A stretch of DNA of 64,000 bases, taken from assembly GCA_965214915.1 (NCBI GenBank), contig CBDCCP010000002.1, forward strand, positions 1,419,807-1,483,806, written 5' to 3'. Made by a program: the position numbers and the translations under genes. Each line of letters starts with the position of its first letter. Positions within the stretch are counted from its first letter, which is position 1. Below, piece after piece: positions 36,474-45,394 of the stretch. This stretch comes from Bryobacterales bacterium. Its GTDB lineage: Bacteria > Acidobacteriota > Terriglobia > Bryobacterales > UBA6623. Under the pieces are notes generated by a model. The model ran no database searches and was not told the origin of the DNA. It worked only from the letters and a program-made list of their open reading frames with translations.

Positions 36474-36533
36474 GCAAACAAGTCCTTAAATCAAAGAGGC
36501 GTATGCCGCGGCCGGAGGTTACCCGACGCAGCG

Positions 36534-37409
36534 TCAGTCGTTGCTGCCGAAGATATTGGTCAGAGACCCGAGCCCGTGCGCTTCCCCGCCGCCGCGGGCG
36601 GCCCCGAGGCCGCCGCCGAGCTCGCGGCGCAGCTTGGCCAAGGTCATGCTTTGGACGACGGCCCGCCCCGGGCCGGTCAGCGTCGCCAGAAACAGACCCT
36701 CGCCGCCGAAAATGCTGGTGGCGATGCCGCCGGCGAATTGCACGTCGTAGTGGACGGATTCGTCGAAGGCTACGATGCAGCCCGTATCCACCTGAATGAC
36801 TTCGCCGGAGGCCAACTTGAACTCGATAAAATCGCCGCCGCCGTGAACGAAGGCAGTGCCCGGACCGGTGAGCTTCTGCAGAATGAATCCTTCGCCGCCG
36901 AAGAACCCCGCGCCCAGCTTCTTGGTAAAGGCGATATCGAGTTGGACCGACCCTTCGGCCATGATGAAGCCGTCGCGCTGGACCAGAACGGACTGGCCGG
37001 GCGACAACTCGAAAGCCTGGATGCGTCCGGGAAAATCGCCCGCGAAACCGACCTCGCCTTCCCCGGTGAAGTGGGTCAGGAAAAGCGACTCCCCGGTGAG
37101 CTTGCGCTTCAACGCGCCCATCAGCTTGCCGCCGATGCCCTTGCCGGCCATCCGCGTCTCCCATTGGACGGACGGCGATTTGTACACCATCTTGCCGGCT
37201 TCGGCCTGGATGTCCTGGCCGTTTTTCAGCTTGACGCGAACGACCTCGAGATTGTCGCCGTGAATCTCGTATTCCAGAGGAATCACGGGAAAGGCCGCCG
37301 GCGCCGCGGACGCAGGAACGCCGGGCGCGGCGCCCACGGGCGAGCCGCAATTGTTGCAAAACCGCGCGGCGTCGGCTATTTGCATCCCGCAACTGGCGCA
37401 GAAAGCCAT
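36534..37409 (-). CDS. TIGR00266/AIM24-family protein with N-terminal zinc-ribbon
   Basis: ATG 37409: MAFCASCGMQIADAARFCNNCG zinc ribbon. AIM24-type body follows: GESLFLTHFTGEGEVGFAG, GEGFILQKLTGPGTAFVHGGG, GEGLFLATLTGPGRAVVQS. Confidence 0.85.
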   Translation of the reverse strand: MAFCASCGMQIADAARFCNNCGSPVGAAPGVPASAAPAAFPVIPLEYEIHGDNLEVVRVKLKNGQDIQAEAGKMVYKSPSVQWETRMAGKGIGGKLMGALKRKLTGESLFLTHFTGEGEVGFAGDFPGRIQAFELSPGQSVLVQRDGFIMAEGSVQLDIAFTKKLGAGFFGGEGFILQKLTGPGTAFVHGGGDFIEFKLASGEVIQVDTGCIVAFDESVHYDVQFAGGIATSIFGGEGLFLATLTGPGRAVVQSMTLAKLRRELGGGLGAARGGGEAHGLGSLTNIFGSND

Positions 37410-37524
37410 AGGAGTCAGAATACCACGGCGATTTTCCCCAGCGATTCTCGGTCTTTCAGTCATCGAGCTCCGCGCGGCGGGAACCGCTATCATGGATTGA
37501 CCGCCCGCTTCGGACGGCTGGGCG

Positions 37525-38481
37525 ATGGCGATTACGCTTCCGGCGAACGTGACGACAGCTTTCCACGCGAATACCAGAAACCTGCTTGGCGCCGAAGACT
37601 TGAGCCGTTCGGAAATCGAATGGCTGCTGCAGCGCGGGCGGTTCTACAAACCGAATCGGAACGAGCCTCCGAAAAAGCTCGATACGCTGCGCGGCCGCTC
37701 CATCGTCAACCTGTTTTTCGAGCCTTCGACGCGCACGCGGACCAGCTTCGAAATCGCGGCGAAACGGCTGGGCGCGGATACGATCGGCATCCAGACGCAA
37801 GGGTCGAGCCTGTCGAAGGGCGAATCGCTGGTGGATACGCTGAATACCCTGGCGGCGATGAACCCCGACGCCATCGTGATGCGGCATGCGGCTTCCGGAG
37901 CGCCGCATTTCCTGTCGCGCCATCTGTCCACGCCCATGATCAACGCCGGCGACGGCCGCCATGAGCATCCGACGCAAGCTCTGCTGGACGCTTTCACGAT
38001 TCTCGAGGTCAAAGACACCCTCGAAGGGTTGCGCGTGGCCATCATCGGCGACATTTCCCACTCGCGGGTGGCCCGCTCCAACGTCCATCTGCTGTCGAAA
38101 TTCGGCGTCGATATCGTGCTCTGCGGGCCGGCGACGATGGTTTCAGGGAACATGGCCAAGATCGCTCCCGGAGTCACGCTGACCTACGACATGAACGAGG
38201 CCGTCGCCGATGCGGACGTGATCATGATGCTGCGCGTCCAGCTCGAGCGGCAAAACGTGGAAATTTTTCCGAAAGGCGAATACTTCCAGTTCTACGGTTT
38301 GACCCTGGAGCACTTGAAGCTGGCCAAGCCGGGCGCCATCGTTCTCCATCCGGGACCGATCAACCGCGGGCGCGAGTTGTCGAACGAGGTCGCCGATTCC
38401 CAGCGCTCGATGATTCTGAACCAGGTGGAGAACGGCGTAGCGATCCGCATGGCGGTTCTGGAGCGGGTTTGCGGCGGTTGA
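37525..38481 (+). CDS. pyrB: aspartate carbamoyltransferase catalytic subunit
   Basis: 318 aa; FFEPSTRTRTSFE, HPTQALLD and LHPGPINRG signatures. Confidence 0.95.
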   Translation: MAITLPANVTTAFHANTRNLLGAEDLSRSEIEWLLQRGRFYKPNRNEPPKKLDTLRGRSIVNLFFEPSTRTRTSFEIAAKRLGADTIGIQTQGSSLSKGESLVDTLNTLAAMNPDAIVMRHAASGAPHFLSRHLSTPMINAGDGRHEHPTQALLDAFTILEVKDTLEGLRVAIIGDISHSRVARSNVHLLSKFGVDIVLCGPATMVSGNMAKIAPGVTLTYDMNEAVADADVIMMLRVQLERQNVEIFPKGEYFQFYGLTLEHLKLAKPGAIVLHPGPINRGRELSNEVADSQRSMILNQVENGVAIRMAVLERVCGG

Positions 38482-38484
38482 GCA

Positions 38485-39804
38485 GTGGGAGACGGCGGGC
38501 GGAATCGAAAATCTTCTCATGATCTGTTGATTAAGAACGGGCGCGCGATCGACCCGGAAACGAACCTCGACGGGCGCCGCGACGTGCTCATCGAAGGGGG
38601 CAAGGTCGCGGCGATCGAGCGTTCGATCGACAAGGCGGACGTGGAGACGCTCGATGCGTCCGGTTTGATCGTGGCGCCCGGTTTTCTGGATATCCATGTT
38701 CATTTGCGCGAGCCCGGCATCGAACACGCTGAGACGATCGAGAGCGGCTCGAAGGCCGCCGCCGCGGGCGGGTTCACCACGGTCTGCTGCATGCCGAACA
38801 CCATTCCGGTGAACGATTCGGCGCAAGTCACCAGTTTTATTGTCGAACGCGCGCGGCGCTATGCGCCGGTTCATGTCCATCCCATTGGGGCTATCAGCAA
38901 AGGGAGCAAGGGCGAGCAATTGGCCGACATCGGCGCGATGCGCGCCGAGGGAGCGGCGGCGATCAGCGACGACGGTATCCCGGTCATGAACTCCGGCGTC
39001 ATGCGCCGGGCGATGAAATACGCAGCATCCTTCGGGATGACGGTGATCGACCATTGCGAAGACCTGAACCTGAGCGCCGGCGGCGATATCCACGAAGGCG
39101 TGCAAAGCGCCCGGCTGGGGCTGCGCGGCATTCCGGCAAGCTCGGAAGAAGTGATGGTCGCCCGCGATATCGTCCTGGCGGCGGAGACCGGAGCGCGCGT
39201 CCACATCGCGCACATCTCGACGAAAAATTCGATCGCGATGGTGCGGCAGGCGAAAAAATTGGGGTTGCCGGTGACGGCGGAAGTCACGCCGCATCACTTT
39301 GCAATCACAGATGAGCATATCCGCGGCTACGACTCGAATTACAAGATGAAGCCCCCATTGCGGACGCAGGCCGACATCGAAGCGGCGATCGAGGGACTTG
39401 CCGACGGCACGATCGACTGTATCGCCACCGACCATGCCCCGCACACGGGGAATATGAAGATGCAGGAGTTCGAGCGGTGTCCGTTCGGGATTACCGGCCT
39501 CGAAACCGCTCTCGGCCTGGCGCTCGAGAAGCTTTACCACGACGGGCGCGTGGATTTGATGAGCTTCGTGCGGCTGTTTACGACGGGCGCGAGCGATTGC
39601 CTCGGCCTGCGGCGCGGGCGGCTGTTCGCGGGCGGTCCGGCGGATTTGACCCTGTTCTCCACCGAGCGCGAGTGGATCTACGACATCAACGCAACGCTGT
39701 CGAAAAGCAAAAACTCGCCGTTCGCCGGCTGCCGCTTCAAAGGCGGCCCCGCGGCGACGGTCGTGGACGGGCGCGTGGTCTGGAGCGCCGAATCCGGCGG
39801 ATAG
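38485..39804 (+). CDS. pyrC: dihydroorotase (amidohydrolase, class I type)
   Basis: LIKNGRAIDPETN...PGFLDIHVHLREPG...TAEVTPHHF...DHAPH. 3 nt after pyrB. GTG 38485 as in the ORF track; TTG 38527 is an alternative start. Confidence 0.9.
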   Translation: MGDGGRNRKSSHDLLIKNGRAIDPETNLDGRRDVLIEGGKVAAIERSIDKADVETLDASGLIVAPGFLDIHVHLREPGIEHAETIESGSKAAAAGGFTTVCCMPNTIPVNDSAQVTSFIVERARRYAPVHVHPIGAISKGSKGEQLADIGAMRAEGAAAISDDGIPVMNSGVMRRAMKYAASFGMTVIDHCEDLNLSAGGDIHEGVQSARLGLRGIPASSEEVMVARDIVLAAETGARVHIAHISTKNSIAMVRQAKKLGLPVTAEVTPHHFAITDEHIRGYDSNYKMKPPLRTQADIEAAIEGLADGTIDCIATDHAPHTGNMKMQEFERCPFGITGLETALGLALEKLYHDGRVDLMSFVRLFTTGASDCLGLRRGRLFAGGPADLTLFSTEREWIYDINATLSKSKNSPFAGCRFKGGPAATVVDGRVVWSAESGG

Positions 39805-39807
39805 AAG

Positions 39808-40794
39808 TCAGGACGCCGGAAGCGGGTCGGCGCTGCGATACTCGTTCCACAGATCGGCTAACGGCGCCGCGTCCGCACCGCCCCGATGCAAGACCAGGCG
39901 GTAGCGCAAAACGACCTCTTCCCCCTTGGCCAACGGCGTCGGGCCGCGGCCCGGCCAAACGGGGTTTTGCATGCTCTTCATCGGCAGCGCGCGGATAATC
40001 CAAGGCTGTGGGTAGCCGCTCGAAGACGGATGCACCAGGACCGCGACGCCGCTTTTGGCGCCGGCGCCGAAAGTTCCTGAAAAATCCATCCATGCGCCGG
40101 CGTCGACGGCATTGCGGCCGGCGGCAACCGGGCCGTTCGCCGCGGCGAACGTCAGGTCCGGCAACATCTTGACGCGCAGCGAGAAACCGCCGTAGCCTTT
40201 GTCGTCTTCCGAGCCGCCGAGGCGGAAATCGTCCTGCAACGGCGTGAGGCGGATATCGAAATCGATTTTCCTCATGCCGTCCTCGGCGCGATGGACGCGG
40301 ACCGTCGTGGTTTCTTCGAGAATAGCCTCCGCGCCGCCGCGGAAATCCGGCGACTTCCAGTGCAGGCGGACGCGCACGCCGTCGCCGTCCGCAAGCGCGG
40401 CGGACTCTTGCACGTCCCACGAGAAATCTTTCGCCAACCAGGGGTCGCCGGCGCGGACATCGCCGACGAGAACTTGATGCCACGTCCAGAAGACGCCGCG
40501 ATGGTGCAAATGATCGTCGGGGAAGTCTTCGGTCAAAACTTCGCCGTCGAGTCCGTAGAGCGGATGGATGTAGTTCGAGCGCTCGTATTCTCCGTTCAAC
40601 GACTTGGGCGCCAAGCGGTAAAAGAGGACGGGGCGGGCGTCTTCTTCGAAAAGTTCCTCAAAAAGATAGCCTTCCGCCTGACGGGTTACCTGAATGGCCG
40701 ACCGGGGCTCTTCGGCCTCGCCCGCGGCCCGGCCCCCGCCACACGCACACAAGAGAGCAAGGCTCAGTCCGGCAACTATCGAACGAAGGCGCAT
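39808..40794 (-). CDS. PmoA-family (DUF6807) lipoprotein
   Basis: Start ATG 40794 gives MRLRSIVAGLSLALLCACGG with a lipobox. SNYIHPLYGLDGEVLTEDFPDDHLHHRGVFWTWHQV is the family hallmark. Convergent with pyrC (3-nt gap). Confidence 0.8.
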   Translation of the reverse strand: MRLRSIVAGLSLALLCACGGGRAAGEAEEPRSAIQVTRQAEGYLFEELFEEDARPVLFYRLAPKSLNGEYERSNYIHPLYGLDGEVLTEDFPDDHLHHRGVFWTWHQVLVGDVRAGDPWLAKDFSWDVQESAALADGDGVRVRLHWKSPDFRGGAEAILEETTTVRVHRAEDGMRKIDFDIRLTPLQDDFRLGGSEDDKGYGGFSLRVKMLPDLTFAAANGPVAAGRNAVDAGAWMDFSGTFGAGAKSGVAVLVHPSSSGYPQPWIIRALPMKSMQNPVWPGRGPTPLAKGEEVVLRYRLVLHRGGADAAPLADLWNEYRSADPLPAS

Positions 40795-40974
40795 AGCGAC
40801 CCTTGCGAGTTTAACAGCGTAGATGGCGCTGGAAGAAAAAACTTCTGCTCCTCCCGGACTCAACTTCCTCAGTTGGAGGGCTGGGGCGGTGTCTTCGGCG
40901 GCTGCGGCGCCGGCCTCGGCGTTGGCTGCGGGGGAGGGGGGCGTTTTACCGGCGGCCAATCTTTCGTGATTATC

Positions 40975-41463
40975 TCACGCGGCATCCGCGGTCACCCGAG
41001 AGGAATGCACAAATTCCGCCCACCGATCCATTACTTCCGGCATCCATGGGGCCTCCGCTGCGGCTTTGCCGAAAAGCTCGCCGGCCCGGAGCAACAGGCT
41101 CTCCAGGGTTCTTTCGGCATCGTCGTCGTCCCAGTGCTCCCAGAGCCATGTATAGTCGTTGGACAGTCGGTTCCAGGACATATGCAACTCCACCAGTAAC
41201 ATCAGCTTCCGGTCCAGGGCAACGCCGATCGAATATCCGGTCAGGGCAGCTACAACCAAGCCAAGCAACGCGGGTATCCAGCGCACAAGCTCTCCGAACG
41301 CGGTCAGAGCGGCGCCCGACGAAAAAATGAACGACAGGACAGCGATAATTTGTTTCTTCTTGGCGCATCTGGAAGCCAAATCGGCGAAGTACAGGGAACG
41401 GACCTCCGCTTCGTAAAGTTTCTTCCAAACCACGGCTTTTTGACCCTCTGTCAACATCGTCAT
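40975..41463 (-). CDS. small two-TM protein, SLATT-like (tentative)
   Basis: 162 aa. N-terminal helix (KKLYEAEVRSLYFADLASRCAKKKQ), two predicted TM helices (IIAVLSFIFSSGAALTAF / IPALLGLVVAALTGYSIGVAL), then an acidic, Trp-rich helical tail. This layout resembles SLATT 2TM effector domains. Lower GC than its surroundings, with no partner gene adjacent. Confidence 0.5.
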   Translation of the reverse strand: MTMLTEGQKAVVWKKLYEAEVRSLYFADLASRCAKKKQIIAVLSFIFSSGAALTAFGELVRWIPALLGLVVAALTGYSIGVALDRKLMLLVELHMSWNRLSNDYTWLWEHWDDDDAERTLESLLLRAGELFGKAAAEAPWMPEVMDRWAEFVHSSRVTADAA

Positions 41464-41686
41464 GATTATAGCCGACCCGGCTTCGATTCCCGGCCTCCAC
41501 CACTCGACGGCGCCCGTTACTCGACGGCAATAGCGATGCCGGCCGGCTCTTTCTGCCGCCGATGGGGATGACTACATCCGCCGCGCCAATGCTTACCCGT
41601 GGCTGCTCGCCGGCGCTGCCGCGATCCAGTTGGGGCTGGCTGTGCGCGGAAGCCCGCGTCTCTGTTCTCGGCGTACAGAACAACCG

Positions 41687-41848
41687 TCAGGGAAGCTGGT
41701 CGGCATCCTGCGGCAACACGAACGGCTCCGGACGAGGAACGGGAGCAACGACGGAAAGCTCGGGAGGCGCCGCCGACGCCTCGACCTTGCGGATGCGCTG
41801 GTTACCGGTATCGGCGATGTACAGGTTATCCGAGCTATCTGCCGCCAT
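41687..41848 (-). pseudogene. NHL-repeat protein C-terminal remnant
   Basis: 53-codon frame MAADSSDNLYIADTGNQRIRKVEASAAPPELSVVAPVPRPEPFVLPQDADQLP. LYIADTGNQRIRKV is a canonical NHL repeat motif and there is no upstream gene body. Confidence 0.35.
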
Positions 41849-41929
41849 GCCTCGGGGGTGAGCTCGATGCCGAGGACTCTCAAAACAGCGGGCAGGGGAT
41901 GAAAAACGGCCCCCACTCGGGCATAATAA

Positions 41930-43183
41930 AGCATCGCAAACTCCGCTTCCCCTCCGAATGTCTTACTAATCGTCGCCGACGATCACGGCTGGAACGATCT
42001 GGGTTGTTACGGCCACCCGGTCGCGCGCACTCCGCACCTCGATCGACTGGCGGCCGACGGCGTCCGCTTCGAACGCTGTTTCACCACGGCGCCGCTCTGC
42101 AGTCCGGGCCGCAGCGCCGTCCTCACGGGGCTGTATCCGCACGTCAACGGCGTGAGGCGATTGGTGCAGGGGCCCGAGGTCGATGCGCTTTCCCTCGACC
42201 CATCGATCTGGACGGTCGCCGAAGGATTCCGCAAGATGGGCTACGCCACAGCCGCCGCCCGCAAATGGCATCTGTCTTCCGCCGGCCCGACCGCCCACGG
42301 GTTTGCGCGCGCCTTCCCCGGTCGCGGCGATTATCTTGCCCGCAGCCTGGAGTTCCTGCGCGAGAATCACGGCAAACCCTGGTTCCTGTATTTTTGCCCC
42401 ACCCACACGCACCGGCCGTTCCGCAGGAGCCCGGCGTTTCCGTACCGGCCCGACGAAGTCGCCGGAACGCTGCCGCCGTATTTGAGAGACACGCCCCAAG
42501 TTCGCGAGGACTACGCGCGCTACCTTTCGGAAACCAGCAGTATGGACGCGGAGATCGGGGCGTTGCTGCAAGCGCTCGAAGAATCGCGTTCGCTGGACAA
42601 CACGATCGTCGCCTATTGCACGGATCACGGGCCGTCGATGCACCGCGCGAAATTCTCGCTTTACGAATGGGGAACGCATTCGGCGTTGATTTTCCGCGGG
42701 CCGGGGATTTCCGGCTCGGGGCGCGTCGACGACGGGCTGGCGTCGACGATCGATATGGCCCCGACTCTGATGAGCCTGACGGGCGGCGCCGCGCCGCAAA
42801 CTTGCCAGGGGCTTGACCTGAGCGAACGCTTGTCCGCAAAAAGCTCCGCAAGCCGGCAGTATGTGTTCAGCGAACACAACGAGCGGAATCGTTTGCGCGC
42901 GGTCCGCGATCGACGCTTCAAATTGATCCGCAATATCACCACGCACACTCCACTGTTGCGGCCCCAGATCGTGCGCAATTGGCAGGGCATGGGCGAGGAC
43001 ACCCTGCGCGTCCCCTACCCTTTGCCGCGGCCGCGCGAGGAGTTTTTCGACCTCGACGCAGACCCCCTGGAAACGAAAAATCTGGCGGCCGACCCCCGTT
43101 TCGAGGGGCCGCTTCGGAGGCTCCGCTCGGAACTCGACCGCTGGTGGTTCGACGGAGCGGCCGCTTACGCGGCCGGTGGATAG
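41930..43183 (+). pseudogene. sulfatase, 5'-truncated (no start codon or signal peptide)
   Basis: The frame reads PPNVLLIVADDHGWNDLGCYGH...TTAPLCSPGRSAVLTG (formylglycine CxPxR motif) ...YCTDHGP... to the stop at 43183. An in-frame TAA at 41927 precedes it. There is no ATG/GTG/TTG before 42152, which lies downstream of the active-site motif. Confidence 0.65.
42920..43156 (+). repeat. 237-bp direct repeat, copy 1 (3' end of sulfatase gene)
   Basis: Aligns without indels to 44780-45016 (offset exactly 1860 bp), with about 10 mismatches by eye. Confidence 0.85.
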
Positions 43184-43216
43184 CGGATCGTCAAGGAATC
43201 TCTGAGTATCTATGTG

Positions 43217-43402
43217 TCAAGTAGGTTTGGGAAGGGGCTGCGGGGACCACAGGCGGTCCTGTTGAATGAGAGCGTTGGCCAAGACAACGAGCTTGCGCAC
43301 CGAGGCGGTGACGGCGGCCTTGTGCGGTTTGCCTTTTTGGCGTAACCGGCGGCGCTTTTTGCTCAGGTCCGGGTTACAGCGGATGGCCGCAACGGCGGGC
43401 AT
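43217..43402 (-). pseudogene. IS110-family transposase C-terminal remnant
   Basis: AAIRCNPDLSKKRRRLRQKGKPHKAAVTASVRKLVVLANALIQQDRLW matches the conserved C-terminal tail of IS110/IS902-type transposases. The N-terminal ~300 aa are absent. Confidence 0.6.
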
Positions 43403-43710
43403 GTAGAGCAGGCGGCGGAGCCCGGGGCGATGGATTCAGCGCAGGATATAGAGACGCTCGCGCAGGAGCGGCAGATGCTCTCGCTGTTACGCGAGACGAT
43501 GGCAATGCTTCCAGACATGCGCCGTCAAGTCAGCGAACTGCGCGTGTATCGAGATTCTCCGCAGAAGAGACTGCTGAACGCCTGCGGGTCTCTCGCTCTA
43601 ACGTAAATACCCGGATGAACCGTGCCGTCAAGCTGCTCGAGCGCCGCATCGATGCTCGCATCGACGAAAAGAAATTCGATCGGAAGCCAAGTCGCTCAGA
43701 CTCAGATTAG
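43403..43710 (+). pseudogene. ECF sigma-70 factor 3' remnant with frameshift
   Basis: Frame 1 reads ...LRETMAMLPDMRRQVSELRVY. After a 1-nt shift, RFSAEETAERLRVSRSNVNTRMNRAVKLLERRI is a region-4 HTH. Regions 1-2 are absent and the stop overlaps the IR-B boundary. Confidence 0.5.
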
Positions 43711-43720
43711 CGTTCGCCGT

Positions 43721-44365
43721 TCACGAAGTTCTTGGCGCGCGATACACCAGTCTCGTCGGCATCATGAAGAAACCGGCCACCGTGGCCGGAGTCGTAATCA
43801 GTGCGGGAATGATGAATTTAGCGGACGGGGTTATATCTGACGTTCCAGGCCCCGCGTAGAGATAGCCTGTTATGACTGCGGTGGATATCCCGATAACCCA
43901 TCCCGTAGTTCTTTTTCTGAAAGGACGACGAACTCTAACGGTTGAAATCGCTCCTTTTTCAATTGTCCTTGTTGTTCCATCCTGGAAAAGAATAGTTATG
44001 GATGTGTCCGTGCTTGAACTGAAGAACCCCTTGACGTTGCGCTTTCCTCTGGGGGCTTCGTTCTTGAGCATCTTCACGCGCGTGATCTCGCCCGGAGACA
44101 ATGCATGAATCCGATTCCAGTCACCGGCTTTCGGCAGATGCCCGGTATCTTGAGCGAAAGCAATGCCTGGACCAAGAGCCAGACTCAGCAACCACACTCC
44201 TAACGGCCCGAAAGCCCGTCTGTGGGGCTCCCGCGGCGAGAACCTGCCAAGCTCATCGCCCGGAGGCGCCGCTGCGCCCGGTCGTACTCCCCCGATCGGT
44301 TTCCTTCGGAGCGTGTTCGGCATACCTTTCAAGCTCACTCTATGGCGCCCATGCGTTCCTGGCAA
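43721..44365 (-). CDS. small membrane-anchored protein (IR-borne family, copy B)
   Basis: 214 aa, about 95 percent identical to 21731..22369 over the first ~165 aa and the last 20 aa. A replaced patch (YLYAGPGTSDITPSAKFIIPALITTPATVA vs IYFGGLEDFTLLSKFLVPLVYTVPATVI) lies in the hydrophobic C-terminal part. Confidence 0.6.
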   Translation of the reverse strand: MPGTHGRHRVSLKGMPNTLRRKPIGGVRPGAAAPPGDELGRFSPREPHRRAFGPLGVWLLSLALGPGIAFAQDTGHLPKAGDWNRIHALSPGEITRVKMLKNEAPRGKRNVKGFFSSSTDTSITILFQDGTTRTIEKGAISTVRVRRPFRKRTTGWVIGISTAVITGYLYAGPGTSDITPSAKFIIPALITTPATVAGFFMMPTRLVYRAPRTS

Positions 44366-44539
44366 ATTTTTCGCCGGCCCGAAAGAATACCGATTTCAGT
44401 GTTTCAGGTTGTTCCCGGTCAATCCGAGACTGAAATATCCGCTTTGGTGGGGATGGTTCGAGAGCGTATCGAGGGGGTTGGCCCTGAGCCGGCGCCGCCG
44501 GTCTCGGCGCCATGCCGCCAATCGCGCCCCGTCCGGCTT

Positions 44540-44779
44540 TTACTGCCTGCGCCGCACCGTTACGTACGGGCCCGCGGGCGTCGGGACTCCGCCGACAATC
44601 GCTCTGACGGGAAGATTGCCGTCGCTTGCGCTGTCGGGAATCTTGACCACGAACTGCTGCAGCCCGGCGCAGCACGGAGCGGCCCCGGCGTAGAGCACGT
44701 CTTCGGAGGGAACGGGAATGCCGTCGATGGCGAAGGCCGCTTCGTTGACTGGACGCGCCAAGCCGTCCGATTCCGGTAA
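44540..44779 (-). pseudogene. orphan 3' fragment of an M36-protease-like gene (TIGR03437 domain tail)
   Basis: ...LPESDGLARPVNEAAFAIDGIPVPSEDVLYAGAAPCCAGLQQFVVKIPDSASDGNLPVRAIVGGVPTPAGPYVTVRRRQ, homologous to the last ~79 aa of 17851..21555. No upstream gene body. Confidence 0.7.
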
Positions 44780-45016
44780 AACCTGTTCCGCAACATCACC
44801 ACGCACACTCCGCTGTTGCGGCCCCAGATCGTCTGCAATCGGCAGGGCATAGGCGAGGACACCCTGCGCGTCCCCTACCCTTTGCCGCGGCCGCGCGAGG
44901 AGTTTTTCGACCTCGACGCAGACCCCTTGGAAACGAAAAATCCGGCGGCCGATCCCCGTTTCGAGGGGCCGCTGCGGAGGCTCCGCTCGGAACTCGACCG
45001 CTGGTGGTTCGACGGA
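44780..45016 (+). repeat. 237-bp direct repeat, copy 2
   Basis: See 42920-43156. Confidence 0.85.
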
Positions 45017-45028
45017 CCGGATGCGTGA
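44780..45028 (+). pseudogene. orphan 3' fragment of a sulfatase gene
   Basis: NLFRNITTHTPLLRPQIVCNRQGIGEDTLRVPYPLPRPREEFFDLDADPLETKNPAADPRFEGPLRRLRSELDRWWFDG, a copy of the C-terminus of 41930..43183. An in-frame TAA at 44777-44779 immediately precedes it. Confidence 0.7.
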
Positions 45029-45134
45029 GCGGCCGGGGCGCGCTTCGAAAAACCGCCCCGCAGTGCGATCATGAGTCCGTGCAAAGCCGGCTCCTGCTCA
45101 AGACGCAGGCGCTGCCGAAAGGAGTCTGTCACGA

Positions 45135-45377
45135 ATGATCGATTGGTACACGAAAACGGTTCTCACCGTCATTGCTCTTTCCCTGCTCGCCCTGGCGCTG
45201 CGCGACACCGAAACGGCGCGGGCGCAAGGGACGATGGACGTGCGCATTGTTGACATCAGGTCTTCCGGCATCTCGGGCGAAATACCGGTGACGGTCGAAA
45301 ACGGCTCTTTCGATCCGGTTTCCGTACGCATCGAAAGCAGTTCCTCCAGGCCGCTTCGCGTAGAAGTCGTCGACTGA
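45135..45377 (+). CDS. small membrane-anchored hypothetical protein
   Basis: 80 aa; AGGAG about 10 nt upstream of the ATG; N-terminal TM helix TVLTVIALSLLALAL. No family recognised. Confidence 0.45.
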   Translation: MIDWYTKTVLTVIALSLLALALRDTETARAQGTMDVRIVDIRSSGISGEIPVTVENGSFDPVSVRIESSSSRPLRVEVVD

Positions 45378-45394
45378 CCGATTGCCGCCGGCTG

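Larger units (their letters stand above)
43707..44779 (-). repeat. inverted repeat copy B (~1.07 kb)
   Basis: Reverse complement matches 21316-22383 (see copy A). Confidence 0.9.

Noticed and set aside
45036-45062. Hairpin CGGGGCG-N13-CGCCCCG after the sulfatase 3' fragment as a terminator
   Set aside because: No following T-tract and a large loop, and it follows a pseudogene fragment. Could be incidental GC-rich complementarity.
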